DNA of 64,000 nucleotides. Source: Actinomycetota bacterium (lineage in GTDB: Bacteria > Actinomycetota > CADDZG01 > JAHWKV01). The stretch is from NCBI GenBank assembly GCA_046262935.1, contig JBHELT010000083.1:5360-69359 (forward strand). The letters run 5' to 3'. Position numbers and translations under genes: made by a program. Shown in pieces: positions 40,778-50,225 of this stretch (positions are counted from its first letter, which is position 1; each line of letters opens with the position of its first letter). The notes under the pieces are model-generated. The model saw only the letters and a list, made by a program, of their open reading frames with translations, made no database searches and was not told the DNA's origin.

Positions 40778-41157
40778 CGGTTCGGCGCGCCGCCTTCCTG
40801 CTGGCGATCGTTCTGCTTTTGGTTCCTTCGAGCGCGTCTGCCAGCGGTCGCAGTGCTTCCTACGTGTTCACCAGAGGCGCCTACGCCGATCCCAGTTCGC
40901 CCGGATCCGAGTGGACGACCCCATTCGTCGTTGTTCCCCAAGGATCGGACCTTTACCTGGTGAACCTAAGACTCTGGGGGCACTCGATGTACTCCGATCT
41001 CAACCGGCCAGATGACCGTTTGTTCTGGAGCGCCGAGATCCCCTTCGGTAAGTCAACGCTTGTGAATGGAGTCTCAGCATTGGCACCGGGCAGTTATGGA
41101 TTCTTCTGCAGTAACCACCCCGACATGAAAGGAACCTTGCTGATCGTAGATCCGTAA
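40774..41157 (+). CDS. secreted cupredoxin (type 1 blue copper) domain protein, paralogue of the upstream gene
   Basis: Signal peptide. FFCSNHPDMKG ligand pattern. ATGA overlap with the upstream paralogue. Confidence 0.7.
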   Translation: MTVRRAAFLLAIVLLLVPSSASASGRSASYVFTRGAYADPSSPGSEWTTPFVVVPQGSDLYLVNLRLWGHSMYSDLNRPDDRLFWSAEIPFGKSTLVNGVSALAPGSYGFFCSNHPDMKGTLLIVDP

Positions 41158-41196
41158 TGAATCAGGTCATCCAGACAAGCTCGATAGGAGGAACGT

Positions 41197-42471
41197 ATGA
41201 GACGGAAGTTGTTCGCCGTGGGTCTCGCCGCAGCGATGTTGATCGCTCCGGCAGCCTTCGCAGCACCACACGACGTACCAGGTTTTCACACCGGCACCTG
41301 TGCTTATCCCTCAGACAAACCACTTCCAGGTAGCGGAGCTGTACGATCGGTCCCCGACGGGTACGCAACGATCCAAAGTGCGGTTGATGCTGCGGCCGAA
41401 GGTGACTCGATAGTCATCGCGCCCGGTACCTACAACGAAGCGGTATTGGTCAAAACCCCCGGTCTGCGCATCCGCGGTACCGACCGCAACAAGGTTATCC
41501 TCGACGGCCAAAGCGTCTACGAGGTTGGGATCGAAGTAGAGGCGGACCGAGTGCGCGTTGAGAACATGACCGTCCACAACTACACGAACCACGGCATCCG
41601 CTGGTTCGAGCAAACCGGTTACTGGGGTCGTTACCTAACCGCCTATGACAACGGCCTGTATGGGATCTTCGCATTCGGTTCGCGCTGTGGTCAGTTCGAT
41701 AATTCCTACACCAGTGGCAACTCCGATTCGGGCTTCTACATCGGCGAGTGCTTCCCCTGCGACGCGGTTATCCACCACGTCGACGCAGAGCAGAATGCCA
41801 TAGGTTACTCGGGCACCAACGCGGGCGGGAACCTGGTGATCCGTGACTCGGTTTGGAAGGACAATGCGCTCGCCATCGTTCCCAACTCACTCGACGGCGA
41901 ACAAAGGCCCCCACAGCGTGGCGTAACGATCAAGAACAACGAAGTTCTTCATAACAATGGGATCAACAATCCGGGCACAGGCATCGCCGGCGAGTATTAC
42001 GGCGGTGGCGTGGTCCTCGCGGGAGGACAATCCAACGCTGTATACGGAAACACCATCACCGACAATGCCTTGGTCGGAGTGCTCATCACTCCCCTGCCCG
42101 ACATGAATGTGTGGATACCTTCAGGCAACACCGTATGGGGCAACAACGTGTCGCACGACTCTGGTGCTTATCCAGACGCGTTCGACCTGGCACAGGGCGC
42201 AGGCTCGGGTCCCAATAATTGCTGGGCCGACAACACCTTCAGTAACTCGGCGCCGATCGCCTTGCAGGAGGTCTGGTCGTGTTCGCTGACGGCAACTCCT
42301 CCCGGTGGAGACCCGCGTGCAGAAGTGTCCCTCGTCGAAGGGGCTGCAGGTCTTAACGGTCGAGTCGATTCGCCTTGGCAGGACTGGCCGCCACCAAGCC
42401 TCGATAAACAAACGCAGACCGACGACTTGGACGGAGCAGTTGACTACTGGCTGCCGGGTCTCGGGATCTGA
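41197..42471 (+). CDS. secreted right-handed parallel beta-helix (PbH1 repeat) protein, NosD-like periplasmic copper-binding protein
   Basis: Signal peptide MRRKLFAVGLAAAMLIAPAAFAAP. Repeated beta-helix rungs (...NxxxG...). Resembles the NosD / carbohydrate-binding beta-helix family. Confidence 0.65.
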   Translation: MRRKLFAVGLAAAMLIAPAAFAAPHDVPGFHTGTCAYPSDKPLPGSGAVRSVPDGYATIQSAVDAAAEGDSIVIAPGTYNEAVLVKTPGLRIRGTDRNKVILDGQSVYEVGIEVEADRVRVENMTVHNYTNHGIRWFEQTGYWGRYLTAYDNGLYGIFAFGSRCGQFDNSYTSGNSDSGFYIGECFPCDAVIHHVDAEQNAIGYSGTNAGGNLVIRDSVWKDNALAIVPNSLDGEQRPPQRGVTIKNNEVLHNNGINNPGTGIAGEYYGGGVVLAGGQSNAVYGNTITDNALVGVLITPLPDMNVWIPSGNTVWGNNVSHDSGAYPDAFDLAQGAGSGPNNCWADNTFSNSAPIALQEVWSCSLTATPPGGDPRAEVSLVEGAAGLNGRVDSPWQDWPPPSLDKQTQTDDLDGAVDYWLPGLGI

Positions 42472-42479
42472 AGAACGAA

Positions 42480-44348
42480 GTGACCATGTCGAAGATGATC
42501 AAAGCGGCCGCCAAGAAGGCGGCCGCTTTGGCCTTCGCCGTTACCCTTTTCGAATGGGCGGTGCACGCCGCACGCGGTGTGCAACTCGGGCCCCTGATGC
42601 CTCACCTGGCGATCGACGTTGCCCTCTGCTTCCCGTTCGCGTTGTTCGCTTGCGTGGTTGGAGCACGATGGGGGCCTCGGAACACATTCGCCAACGCCAT
42701 GACCACCGGATCGCTGTTCTGCATGCTGCTCGCCATGGGAATGAAAGCACATGAAGCTGTCCATAACCTCGGTCGCCTGCCTTTGGTCATCCACCTTCAT
42801 TCGGTCGAGCCGACACAGGGTTTCGGGGCGTCCTTGAAGCACGGACTGGTCGACGCTGCTTATGCATTGCCTGTCGCGGTGCTAGTCCTCGTGGCCGTGC
42901 CGGCGATCTCGCGTATACCGAGGCGTGTCAGATTGTCATTGTTGATGTCGGTCGCTCTCGCTGCACCATTTTCTGCTCAAGCTTCAGGGTCCCCGATCGT
43001 CGCTTTCGCCGTACCGCTGCCCATCCCGGCAACGATCAGTTCTGCAGACATAACTCTCACCGCCCAGCAAACCCCGGTTCAGATATTGAGCGGAACACCT
43101 ACCAACATGTTGACCTTCGATGGGACCTTCCCCGGGCCAACGATCAGAAGACCTAGCGGTCAAACAACTCGTATCACCGTTGTCAACCAACTGCCGGCCA
43201 GTGCGGGAGGGATAACACTTCATCAGCACGGCAATCACTCGGCATCTTCGCAAGACGGTCAGCCTGATGATCTGATACCTGTCGGATCTGAGCGAACCTA
43301 TACCTACGACTTCATCGAGAACGGGGGCCCCGAGCGCGGCGCGATGCAGTGGTATCACGATCACCGTATGGGTATGACCGGACAGAACGTGTGGATGGGC
43401 CTTGCTGGCATGGTGATCTTGGATGATCCAGCCGAAGCATCGATCGATGCTCAATTGCCCAACGGAGCCGCCGATGTCCCCATCATGATCACCGATCGCA
43501 CATTCGACGCAGGTGATCAGATCCCCTACAACTGGTCACCGGAGGGCGTCCGCGGCGACACGATCCTCGCTAATGGCGCGCCATCGCCGTACTTCGAAGT
43601 TGCCAACCGCAAGTATCGGCTGCGTCTACTGAACGCATCCAACTCGCGTCTATTTGATTTCGCGATGGGCGACGGGCAGCCGTTGGTACAGATCGCCTCC
43701 GAGAGCGGCCTGCTGCCTGCTCCGGTCAGTCGCTCGCACATCGTGCTCGGCCCCGCGGAGCGGGCCGAGGTCATCGTCGATTTCAACAACTCGATCGGCA
43801 CGAATATAGTGCTGAGGAACCTCTTGGGATCTGGCCCACTTTCGCAAGTGATGCAATTTCGTGTCATCCGATCTGAAGCCGATCCCAGCATCATCCCTTC
43901 GACCCTGCGTCCGGCACCAGTCTTCAGTCCCTTGACCATAGCTGCCGATCGCACTTGGGTACTTGGCCGCGACATCGATACTGGGATGTGGACGATCAAC
44001 GGCAAGGGCTACGACCATGACAGAGTCGATGCCAGACCGATACTCGGCACCACCGAGCGGTGGACATTCGTCAACTCGACAAGTGTCGACCACATCGTTC
44101 ATATCCATGATGTCGATTGGAAAGTGATCGCCCGCTCTGGTCCGCTGCCGCCGAATGGAGCAGCCGACCTGATGCAAGATCCCGGAGAATCGGGCCTGAA
44201 AGAGAGTTTCCGGCTGCGCGGCAATGAGGTCGTCACGGTCGAATCGACATTTACCGATCACCTGGGCCGATTCGTCTGGCACTGCCACATGCTCGAGCAC
44301 GAAGACTTTGCCATGATGACTCAGTTCGAGGTTGTGCCGCCAGGTTGA
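42480..44348 (+). CDS. multicopper oxidase (three-cupredoxin-domain laccase/CueO-like) with a ~160-aa N-terminal hydrophobic extension
   Basis: MCO copper-ligand motifs HQHGNH, WYHDH and C-terminal HCHMLEHED...M. N-terminal 4-5 TM helices are in the same frame with no stop. A possible internal signal-peptide start lies near 42940 (MSVALAAPFSAQA). Confidence 0.85.
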   Translation: MTMSKMIKAAAKKAAALAFAVTLFEWAVHAARGVQLGPLMPHLAIDVALCFPFALFACVVGARWGPRNTFANAMTTGSLFCMLLAMGMKAHEAVHNLGRLPLVIHLHSVEPTQGFGASLKHGLVDAAYALPVAVLVLVAVPAISRIPRRVRLSLLMSVALAAPFSAQASGSPIVAFAVPLPIPATISSADITLTAQQTPVQILSGTPTNMLTFDGTFPGPTIRRPSGQTTRITVVNQLPASAGGITLHQHGNHSASSQDGQPDDLIPVGSERTYTYDFIENGGPERGAMQWYHDHRMGMTGQNVWMGLAGMVILDDPAEASIDAQLPNGAADVPIMITDRTFDAGDQIPYNWSPEGVRGDTILANGAPSPYFEVANRKYRLRLLNASNSRLFDFAMGDGQPLVQIASESGLLPAPVSRSHIVLGPAERAEVIVDFNNSIGTNIVLRNLLGSGPLSQVMQFRVIRSEADPSIIPSTLRPAPVFSPLTIAADRTWVLGRDIDTGMWTINGKGYDHDRVDARPILGTTERWTFVNSTSVDHIVHIHDVDWKVIARSGPLPPNGAADLMQDPGESGLKESFRLRGNEVVTVESTFTDHLGRFVWHCHMLEHEDFAMMTQFEVVPPG

Positions 44349-45085
44349 ATGGTCGGTTCGCCGGTCGAGGGATTTTCAGCAGCTCCTGGATCTGGGACGA
44401 GCCTTCCGTCACGCATCTTGATCCGCCTCCCAACCCGACTCGCCACTTCGTCGGCGTGAGTCACGATGATCACGGTCACTCCGCTGTCTTCAGCAAGTTT
44501 CGTTAGCATCGTTACTAATTCCTGCGACGTTACGGTGTCGAGGTTACCCGTGGGTTCGTCAGCAAGGATGACCCTCGGGTTATTCGCCAGCGCACGCGCG
44601 ATCGCAACACGTTGCTGCTCTCCTCCGGACATCAACGATGGGAGGTGTTCGCTCCTGTCCGAAAGACCAACGGCGGCGAGCAATTCGGCGCTTCTGGCTT
44701 GTCTCTCTTGCTTGGTAGCCGAAGCGGGAACCATGGCGATCTCGACATTCTCGGCCGCGGTCAGAGTTGGGATCAGATTGAACGACTGAAACACGAAACC
44801 CAATTCGCGCGAACGGATATCTGTGAGCTCACGGTCGCCAACACTGGTGAGCTCGCGACCTGCCAGCTTGACCGAGCCGCCGGTCGCTTGGTCGAGGGCT
44901 CCCAGGACCTGAAGCAAGGTGGTCTTGCCCGATCCACTCGGCCCTTCGATGGCAACCGATTCTCCCGCACGGATGTCGAGCGTGATGCCGTCGATGGCCT
45001 TGACTTGCGAGTTCCCTACCCTGAAGGTTCGCCTTACATCGCGAAGCTCGTATATCGAGACCTCTTCGTTTGCTCCGTCTGCCAA
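44321..45085 (-). CDS. ABC transporter ATP-binding protein (MacB/LolD/FtsE-type)
   Basis: TTG start at 45085 preceded by AAGGAGG. Walker [10 protein letters not shown], signature [15 protein letters not shown], Walker [12 protein letters not shown]. Confidence 0.85.
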   Translation of the reverse strand: MADGANEEVSIYELRDVRRTFRVGNSQVKAIDGITLDIRAGESVAIEGPSGSGKTTLLQVLGALDQATGGSVKLAGRELTSVGDRELTDIRSRELGFVFQSFNLIPTLTAAENVEIAMVPASATKQERQARSAELLAAVGLSDRSEHLPSLMSGGEQQRVAIARALANNPRVILADEPTGNLDTVTSQELVTMLTKLAEDSGVTVIIVTHADEVASRVGRRIKMRDGRLVPDPGAAENPSTGEPTIQPGGTTSN

Positions 45086-45099
45086 GTGATACCTCCTTA

Positions 45100-46878
45100 T
45101 CAACCTAGATTGCGCAGGGCCTCGGCCGGAGACAAGCGCGAAGCTCTCCAGCCCCCAACAGCGCCTGCTATCAATCCGCCTACCAGGGCGAACGCCAGGC
45201 CGATAACTATGGTCATTGGGTGAACGGGGGCCGTCAGGGTCAATCGTGCTGTGTGAACGGTTGCCACACCTGCCGAACCGAAGAATTGACCAAGCGACGA
45301 CGACGATACGCCCGGGATCCCAGACGAACTCGCAGTCAGCTCGGGAGAGAAGGTTCGGACCGCTATCGCTGCCGCGTATCCCAGGATCACACCAAGCGCG
45401 CCGCCAAGTACACCGATGCCGAACGTTTCTGCCAAGATCTGTCGAACAACGCGCGATCGCGACCACCCGATGGCTCTTAATGTTCCGATCTCCCGAACGC
45501 GCTTGGCGATCGATGACAATGTGAGCAATACCGCGATCGCGAATGCGAATATCAACACGATGATCGCGGCCGCGCCCCCGAGGCGGTCGGCCAGTTTCTG
45601 AGCATCAGTCAGACTACCGGTGACCTGATCGGCGAGGGTCTTGGTCGTAACAACCTCAGCCCCAGGTATCGCCTTCTTGATGCTGGCTGCGACCTTATCG
45701 ACCGAAGCCGAATCCGACGCCGTCACCAGCACTTGAGTAACGCGGTCCTGTTTCCCAGCGAGACCCTGCAGTGTCGTTAGTGGGAAATAGATGTCGGCAG
45801 TGCCGCCGGTAAGTGTTGGGTTGACTGTTCCCACAACCTTGTAGATGGTCTCGTTTATGGTCATCGTCGAGCCCACTTTCAAGTTGCTCTTGTTCGCGTA
45901 CGCTGTATTCAGCAGCACAGTATCGGTGGTTCCTTTCGACAGCCAACTGCCCGATACCAGTTGCGCAGGCGTTACCAAACCCAAGCTCGGGATCGAGGGG
46001 TCGATCCCGGCCGCCGTGTAACTGTTGTTGGTGATATCGGTACTCGGCGGGGCAACGACCTGCTGGATCGTTCGAAGAGGCGTTATGACCGACGCTTCGA
46101 ATCGCTTGAAACGCTCAGGTAGACAGGTTTGGAATGAAGAAGTATCGCGGCCTCCCCCTCCACCCTCAGGGGGACCGCCGGGGCCCCCACCTGCACCGAA
46201 TCCGCCGTTCGCCTGGACGCAGTCGCGAAACGTCTGACGTTCGGCATCACTCATGGGTGCTGGCCTCACGGTCGAGGTGACTGTCTGGCCCCCAGTCTGA
46301 ACTTCAGCAATGATGTTGGGGACCGTGCCCGTTTGGTGTTGTGCCAGTTGAGTCAAAGCACCAACAGCTTTAGTAACTCCCGCGATCGATGAGATCTTTC
46401 CGACCGATGCTTGAGGGAAACTGAGAAGAGTCGCCGAAAGGAAGAAATCATGGGTGAACTTTTCGCCAGGTTTGCCTAGCTTTGAAAGATCGGTGACGAC
46501 GTTGCTGTTTTCGTTAAGCAGTGCCGCCGCATCGGCTTGGTTCAGGTCTGCCCCAGGGCCCCTGACAGCGCCGGGTCCGCCGAAGAACCCGGCCCGCCTT
46601 TGCTGGCCGCTGCTCGCAGTTGCTGTTGGCGTTGCCGGCGCAGAATCGGTAACCGTTCCCGTTGAGGTTTGAACCGTACCCGCTACCCGGGTAACCAAGA
46701 TGTCGGTCCCTATCGCTTGCAGCGGCGCAAGGACTTTCGACTGAGCCTCGTTCAATCCCTGGGAGACCCCGATGATCGCGATGACCATCGCCACCCCAGC
46801 CGCCAGCCCAAGGGCCGTAAGTACCGTCCTGCCCCACCGGCGGGTGAGTTCCTTTCTCATGTAAGCAAGTTGGAACAT
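45100..46878 (-). CDS. ABC transporter permease, FtsX/MacB-like with a large extracytoplasmic domain
   Basis: ATG at 46878 with AAGGAG RBS. N-terminal TM, ~400-aa extracellular domain containing a Gly/Pro-rich insert, and a C-terminal FtsX 3-TM bundle. Confidence 0.8.
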   Translation of the reverse strand: MFQLAYMRKELTRRWGRTVLTALGLAAGVAMVIAIIGVSQGLNEAQSKVLAPLQAIGTDILVTRVAGTVQTSTGTVTDSAPATPTATASSGQQRRAGFFGGPGAVRGPGADLNQADAAALLNENSNVVTDLSKLGKPGEKFTHDFFLSATLLSFPQASVGKISSIAGVTKAVGALTQLAQHQTGTVPNIIAEVQTGGQTVTSTVRPAPMSDAERQTFRDCVQANGGFGAGGGPGGPPEGGGGGRDTSSFQTCLPERFKRFEASVITPLRTIQQVVAPPSTDITNNSYTAAGIDPSIPSLGLVTPAQLVSGSWLSKGTTDTVLLNTAYANKSNLKVGSTMTINETIYKVVGTVNPTLTGGTADIYFPLTTLQGLAGKQDRVTQVLVTASDSASVDKVAASIKKAIPGAEVVTTKTLADQVTGSLTDAQKLADRLGGAAAIIVLIFAFAIAVLLTLSSIAKRVREIGTLRAIGWSRSRVVRQILAETFGIGVLGGALGVILGYAAAIAVRTFSPELTASSSGIPGVSSSSLGQFFGSAGVATVHTARLTLTAPVHPMTIVIGLAFALVGGLIAGAVGGWRASRLSPAEALRNLG

Positions 46879-46993
46879 CAGTACTCCTTGGCTAAGTTGA
46901 ACACCTGAAGCCAAGGAGAGTCAGATGACATCAACCAGTTGACAGCCTCGGGTCAGCTGAGGATGAGTGTATGCACGGCCCGAGTATTAGTTG

Positions 46994-48109
46994 CTATATA
47001 CGGCTGGCCTTGTCTTTCGAAGTAGAGATCGACAACCCGAAGCCAACCATCGCGAGCCCGACCAAGAAGATAGGCACGTCCTCGCCACCTGTTCTTGGCA
47101 ATGTCGCTGCGGCAACTGTTGTTGGCGCAAGTGGGACCTGTTTGGTGATCACTACCCCAAGGACCGAGGTGCGCTTGATGGTCGTAAGCGCCGATGCGTC
47201 TTTCGGCGAGGTCTGATCGCTATCTGCGACCGCGACGTTAAGGACCGTAGACCCGGCGTTCGGCGCAACGGTCACTGCGAATGATTCGTCGATAGCCGAA
47301 CCCGATGCAAGGCTTGGGATGGTCCATGTCAGGGTGTTGCCGCTCAAGGTGGGGCCGTCTGTGGCCGTGGCGGCGATCAACGTTGTCCCCGCGGGGATCG
47401 GATCGGTGATCACTACATGAGTTAGCGTTCCCTCACCCGTGTTAACAACATGCACTGTGTAGGTCAGTGTGTCGCCTGGCTTAGCGGTTGCAGAGCTAAC
47501 CGCCTTGGCTATCGTCAAGTCGAACGTCGCCGGAATGGTCGGTGATGGTGATGGACTCGGCGAAGGTGACGGTGACGGGCTGGGAGATGGTGACGGACTG
47601 GGAGATGGGCTGGGAGACGGTGAGGGCCCGGGCGTGACAGCGAAACTCCAAGTGACGAATCCGCAATCGCCACCCACCTTGTTTTGATCGGTATCTTGGG
47701 CGAAGAGCGTCGCGGTGTGAGTCCCGACGGGAAGATTCAACGGAAGAACATACGTGATCGTTACTGTGCGGCCACCGGTCGGAGGATTCAAAGTCGGGGT
47801 AACTTGAACTGAGTCCAAAGTGAATCGGATCGTGGTTATGTTTACGTCGGTTTCATCCGAATAAACAGCACCTATCGTTGAGCCTGGAGCAACAGCGGTT
47901 CCCACTGAAGGGATGATCCCGCCGATGAAGCTGTTCTCGGAACAATTCGTGCCCGTCGTGGTTGGAGAAGGCGAGGCGGACGGGTGATCGGGCGTTTTGG
48001 TCGTAGTTCGATGAGGGTCGTGTGCCGAAACGGCACCCCCCACGGACATGACCATCATTGCCGAACCAAGAACGATCAGAAGTGCCTTAGATACCAACCT
48101 ATTTCTCAT
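46994..48109 (-). CDS. LPXTG-anchored cell-surface protein with DUF11-like repeat domain and (PS)n linker
   Basis: Signal peptide. PSPSPS...(x17) linker. C-terminal LPRTG + hydrophobic helix + KDKASRI sorting signal. Confidence 0.75.
   Translation of the reverse strand: MRNRLVSKALLIVLGSAMMVMSVGGAVSAHDPHRTTTKTPDHPSASPSPTTTGTNCSENSFIGGIIPSVGTAVAPGSTIGAVYSDETDVNITTIRFTLDSVQVTPTLNPPTGGRTVTITYVLPLNLPVGTHTATLFAQDTDQNKVGGDCGFVTWSFAVTPGPSPSPSPSPSPSPSPSPSPSPSPSPSPSPTIPATFDLTIAKAVSSATAKPGDTLTYTVHVVNTGEGTLTHVVITDPIPAGTTLIAATATDGPTLSGNTLTWTIPSLASGSAIDESFAVTVAPNAGSTVLNVAVADSDQTSPKDASALTTIKRTSVLGVVITKQVPLAPTTVAAATLPRTGGEDVPIFLVGLAMVGFGLSISTSKDKASRI
47536..47637 (-). repeat. low-complexity (GGTGAC/GGCTGG)n coding repeat encoding the (Pro-Ser)n linker
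   Basis: Read from the sequence. Confidence 0.6.
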
Positions 48110-48184
48110 TTTTTCCCTCGATTCGTACTACAAGAGTTTGTTGAGCCGTAACGATAACGCACCTCAGGATGACTCGGCTTCGCA

Positions 48185-49852
48185 TCAGGGGGACGGACTC
48201 GGTGAGGTCGCATCGGTCGGCGTTGGGCTTGGCGAGGATTGAGTCGACGGGGATGGGGGGGGCCCAGCAGCGGAGTCGGTGGCGGCCACAGATGGACTCG
48301 GGCTGGATCCGGCCGGAGTTGCCCCACCCTGGCCCGTTAGCCCGGAAGGGCTTGGTGAGACCGACTGATCCGTGGTGAGCCGAGGCTGGTTGGTGCCGGA
48401 AACAGTGTTTCTGCCCAAGATAGCTGGGATGTAGTTGCGCCCCGTGATGATGGGATCAACGATCCCCTGTTCGATGGTGCCCTTCTCACTGGGCGTTATT
48501 GGCTTGTAGTGCTGCGACGGTAACCACGACGCGATCAGTATCATTGACATGAAGAGACCGAGCGCGATCGCAACGGCCCGCGCCAACGGTTTGCCTTTCG
48601 TCATCGAGATGACTCCCGCTGCTGAACGCTTACCTAAACGCACGAACATCAATGACAGACCGGCGAGCGGTATCACGAGTAGCAGAACCTGAATAACGTC
48701 GAATGTGCCGGCGAGGAGTCGCCCACTTGCGAACGCGTGGTTCATATTGGCGATCAATCGCTTGAGAGCATCGAATCCGGTTCCAAAGATGCGAGGAGCG
48801 TGCAACAACAGCATCGATAGGTTCATCAGTAGGATCGGAACGACCATGAGCACCCACAGTGTGATCACCCATCGGACCCAGGACTTCAGTTCCTTCACCT
48901 GCGTGGGCGTTTCTCGCCCAGGTATTGCGCTTTGTAAGATCGGTTTTATTCGTGAAAACAGGTCTGGGACGCCAGTCAGATCCGCAACCAGGTAGTAGCC
49001 ATCGAGCCTAAGGAAAGGAAGCATCTGGTGGATGATCTCTAGTTGCTGAAGCATGATCAACAAGATCAACCACTCTGCACGTGTATACAGGAACAGGCCG
49101 CCCGCGATCAAAGAGAAGATGGCATTGAAGTAAACGCCGCCGAGATCGGTTCGCACCCTGCCCGCCTTGCCAAGTCGATACGCGTCCGTTACGTCCGTAT
49201 AGAAGGCCGGCCAAGCCAGGTAGAGACCGAATCCGATCCGGCCGGGTCGCGCGCCGCCGTAACGGCATGCGGTAGCGTGGCCGACTTCATGGAACATCGT
49301 CGACACCAAGATCAGGCCAAACACCGCTAGGAATAGAGCCGGTGAATAGATGACCTGTCGAACCGCTTGAGCTACCCCGTGGACCCCGAACACCCACGCA
49401 TCCAGCGCGATAGCACCTATAACAACCAGGACAGTCAGGGGCGGAAAAAACAGCGGCTTGAAGAGTGCGGCAGCCATGTTCACTGCCTTTGGAGGCAGGA
49501 GCGTTCCCCTGAACTTCAGGGCCAATAAAGGATCGACTTTGGGTGCTGGCTCCCCGTGCCCATCCCCATCGACAAGCCCCAAGCTCGTCAGTTTGCCCTC
49601 GATGAGGTACGCAACGTCCTGTTCGTCGATGACTTTGCCTGTACGTTGTTTCACTTCCGACGCGATATCGACCAATGAGAGCCCATTCGCCACTCCTTCT
49701 GCAACGAAGAAGAGCAGGGGGGCCAATTGGATGATCTGACCATCCTCTCGTCTGGCGAGATACGGGTCTTGCTTGAACCCAGAACCTTCGTAGCGCCCCA
49801 CCAATTCGATGCCCGTCGAAAGTCTCGGCTGAGCTAGGGTCTCGTTGTTCAC
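48185..49852 (-). CDS. membrane zinc metallopeptidase, M50 (site-2 protease) family-like, with Ser/Pro-rich C-terminal tail
   Basis: HEVGH (HExxH) inside a TM helix. A downstream LPFLRLDG (LDG) motif in a second TM helix. N-terminal ~120-aa cytoplasmic domain. C-terminal ~90 aa rich in Ser/Pro/Thr. Confidence 0.65.
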   Translation of the reverse strand: MNNETLAQPRLSTGIELVGRYEGSGFKQDPYLARREDGQIIQLAPLLFFVAEGVANGLSLVDIASEVKQRTGKVIDEQDVAYLIEGKLTSLGLVDGDGHGEPAPKVDPLLALKFRGTLLPPKAVNMAAALFKPLFFPPLTVLVVIGAIALDAWVFGVHGVAQAVRQVIYSPALFLAVFGLILVSTMFHEVGHATACRYGGARPGRIGFGLYLAWPAFYTDVTDAYRLGKAGRVRTDLGGVYFNAIFSLIAGGLFLYTRAEWLILLIMLQQLEIIHQMLPFLRLDGYYLVADLTGVPDLFSRIKPILQSAIPGRETPTQVKELKSWVRWVITLWVLMVVPILLMNLSMLLLHAPRIFGTGFDALKRLIANMNHAFASGRLLAGTFDVIQVLLLVIPLAGLSLMFVRLGKRSAAGVISMTKGKPLARAVAIALGLFMSMILIASWLPSQHYKPITPSEKGTIEQGIVDPIITGRNYIPAILGRNTVSGTNQPRLTTDQSVSPSPSGLTGQGGATPAGSSPSPSVAATDSAAGPPPSPSTQSSPSPTPTDATSPSPSP

Positions 49853-49918
49853 GTTCCAGATCTCCTACGGCCTAGTGTCGAAGTGTCGATGGTCTGGTCT
49901 TCGTCCGAAAGGGGGCCA

Positions 49919-49952
49919 TCAAAAAGAAGGACGGCCCAACGAGCCGCCCTTC
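49919..49952 (-). terminator. intrinsic-terminator-like hairpin (10-bp stem with one G-U pair, 7-nt loop) followed by a U5 tract, between the small peptide genes and the M50 peptidase gene
   Basis: Minus-strand RNA GAAGGGCGGC-ucguugg-GCCGUCCUUC-UUUUU, read from 49919-49951. An additional small hairpin CUGCC-uaga-GGCAG sits directly after the peptide A stop. Confidence 0.5.
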
Positions 49953-49975
49953 TTAGCGCTGCCTCTAGGCAGTCC

Positions 49976-50182
49976 TTACGTTGACTGCGTTATGTCGCCC
50001 TGTTGGATCGCGTTCGCGTAAGCGGTCGATCCATCAGACAGTACGTTCGCAGCAACCGCTGCATTCACGGGGATGGCGATGTTCGCGTTTATCAGACTCA
50101 ATGCTGCTCGTTCTGGAAGGGGTTCTCCAGCAAGTTGATCTAACTCGTCTCGGCTTACCTTGCGAAATTCGTTGTCACTCAT
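49976..50182 (-). CDS. small peptide A (68 aa), paralogue of peptide B; candidate secreted or processed peptide precursor
   Basis: AGGAGG RBS 8 nt upstream. Charged N-terminal region (MSDNEFRKVSRDELDQLAGE) followed by an Ala/Asn/Val-rich region and the conserved C-terminus ...AYANAIQQGDITQST. No signal peptide and no Cys. Confidence 0.6.
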   Translation of the reverse strand: MSDNEFRKVSRDELDQLAGEPLPERAALSLINANIAIPVNAAVAANVLSDGSTAYANAIQQGDITQST

Positions 50183-50225
50183 CTCAATTACCTCCTACGT
50201 CAAAGCCATCAGAACCTTCACGGGA

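Noticed and set aside
42480-42940. The membrane segment preceding the multicopper oxidase as a separate gene.
   Set aside because: There is no in-frame stop between it and the MCO domains, so it cannot be a separately terminated same-frame gene. It is kept as a possible fusion or an alternative internal start, flagged as uncertain.
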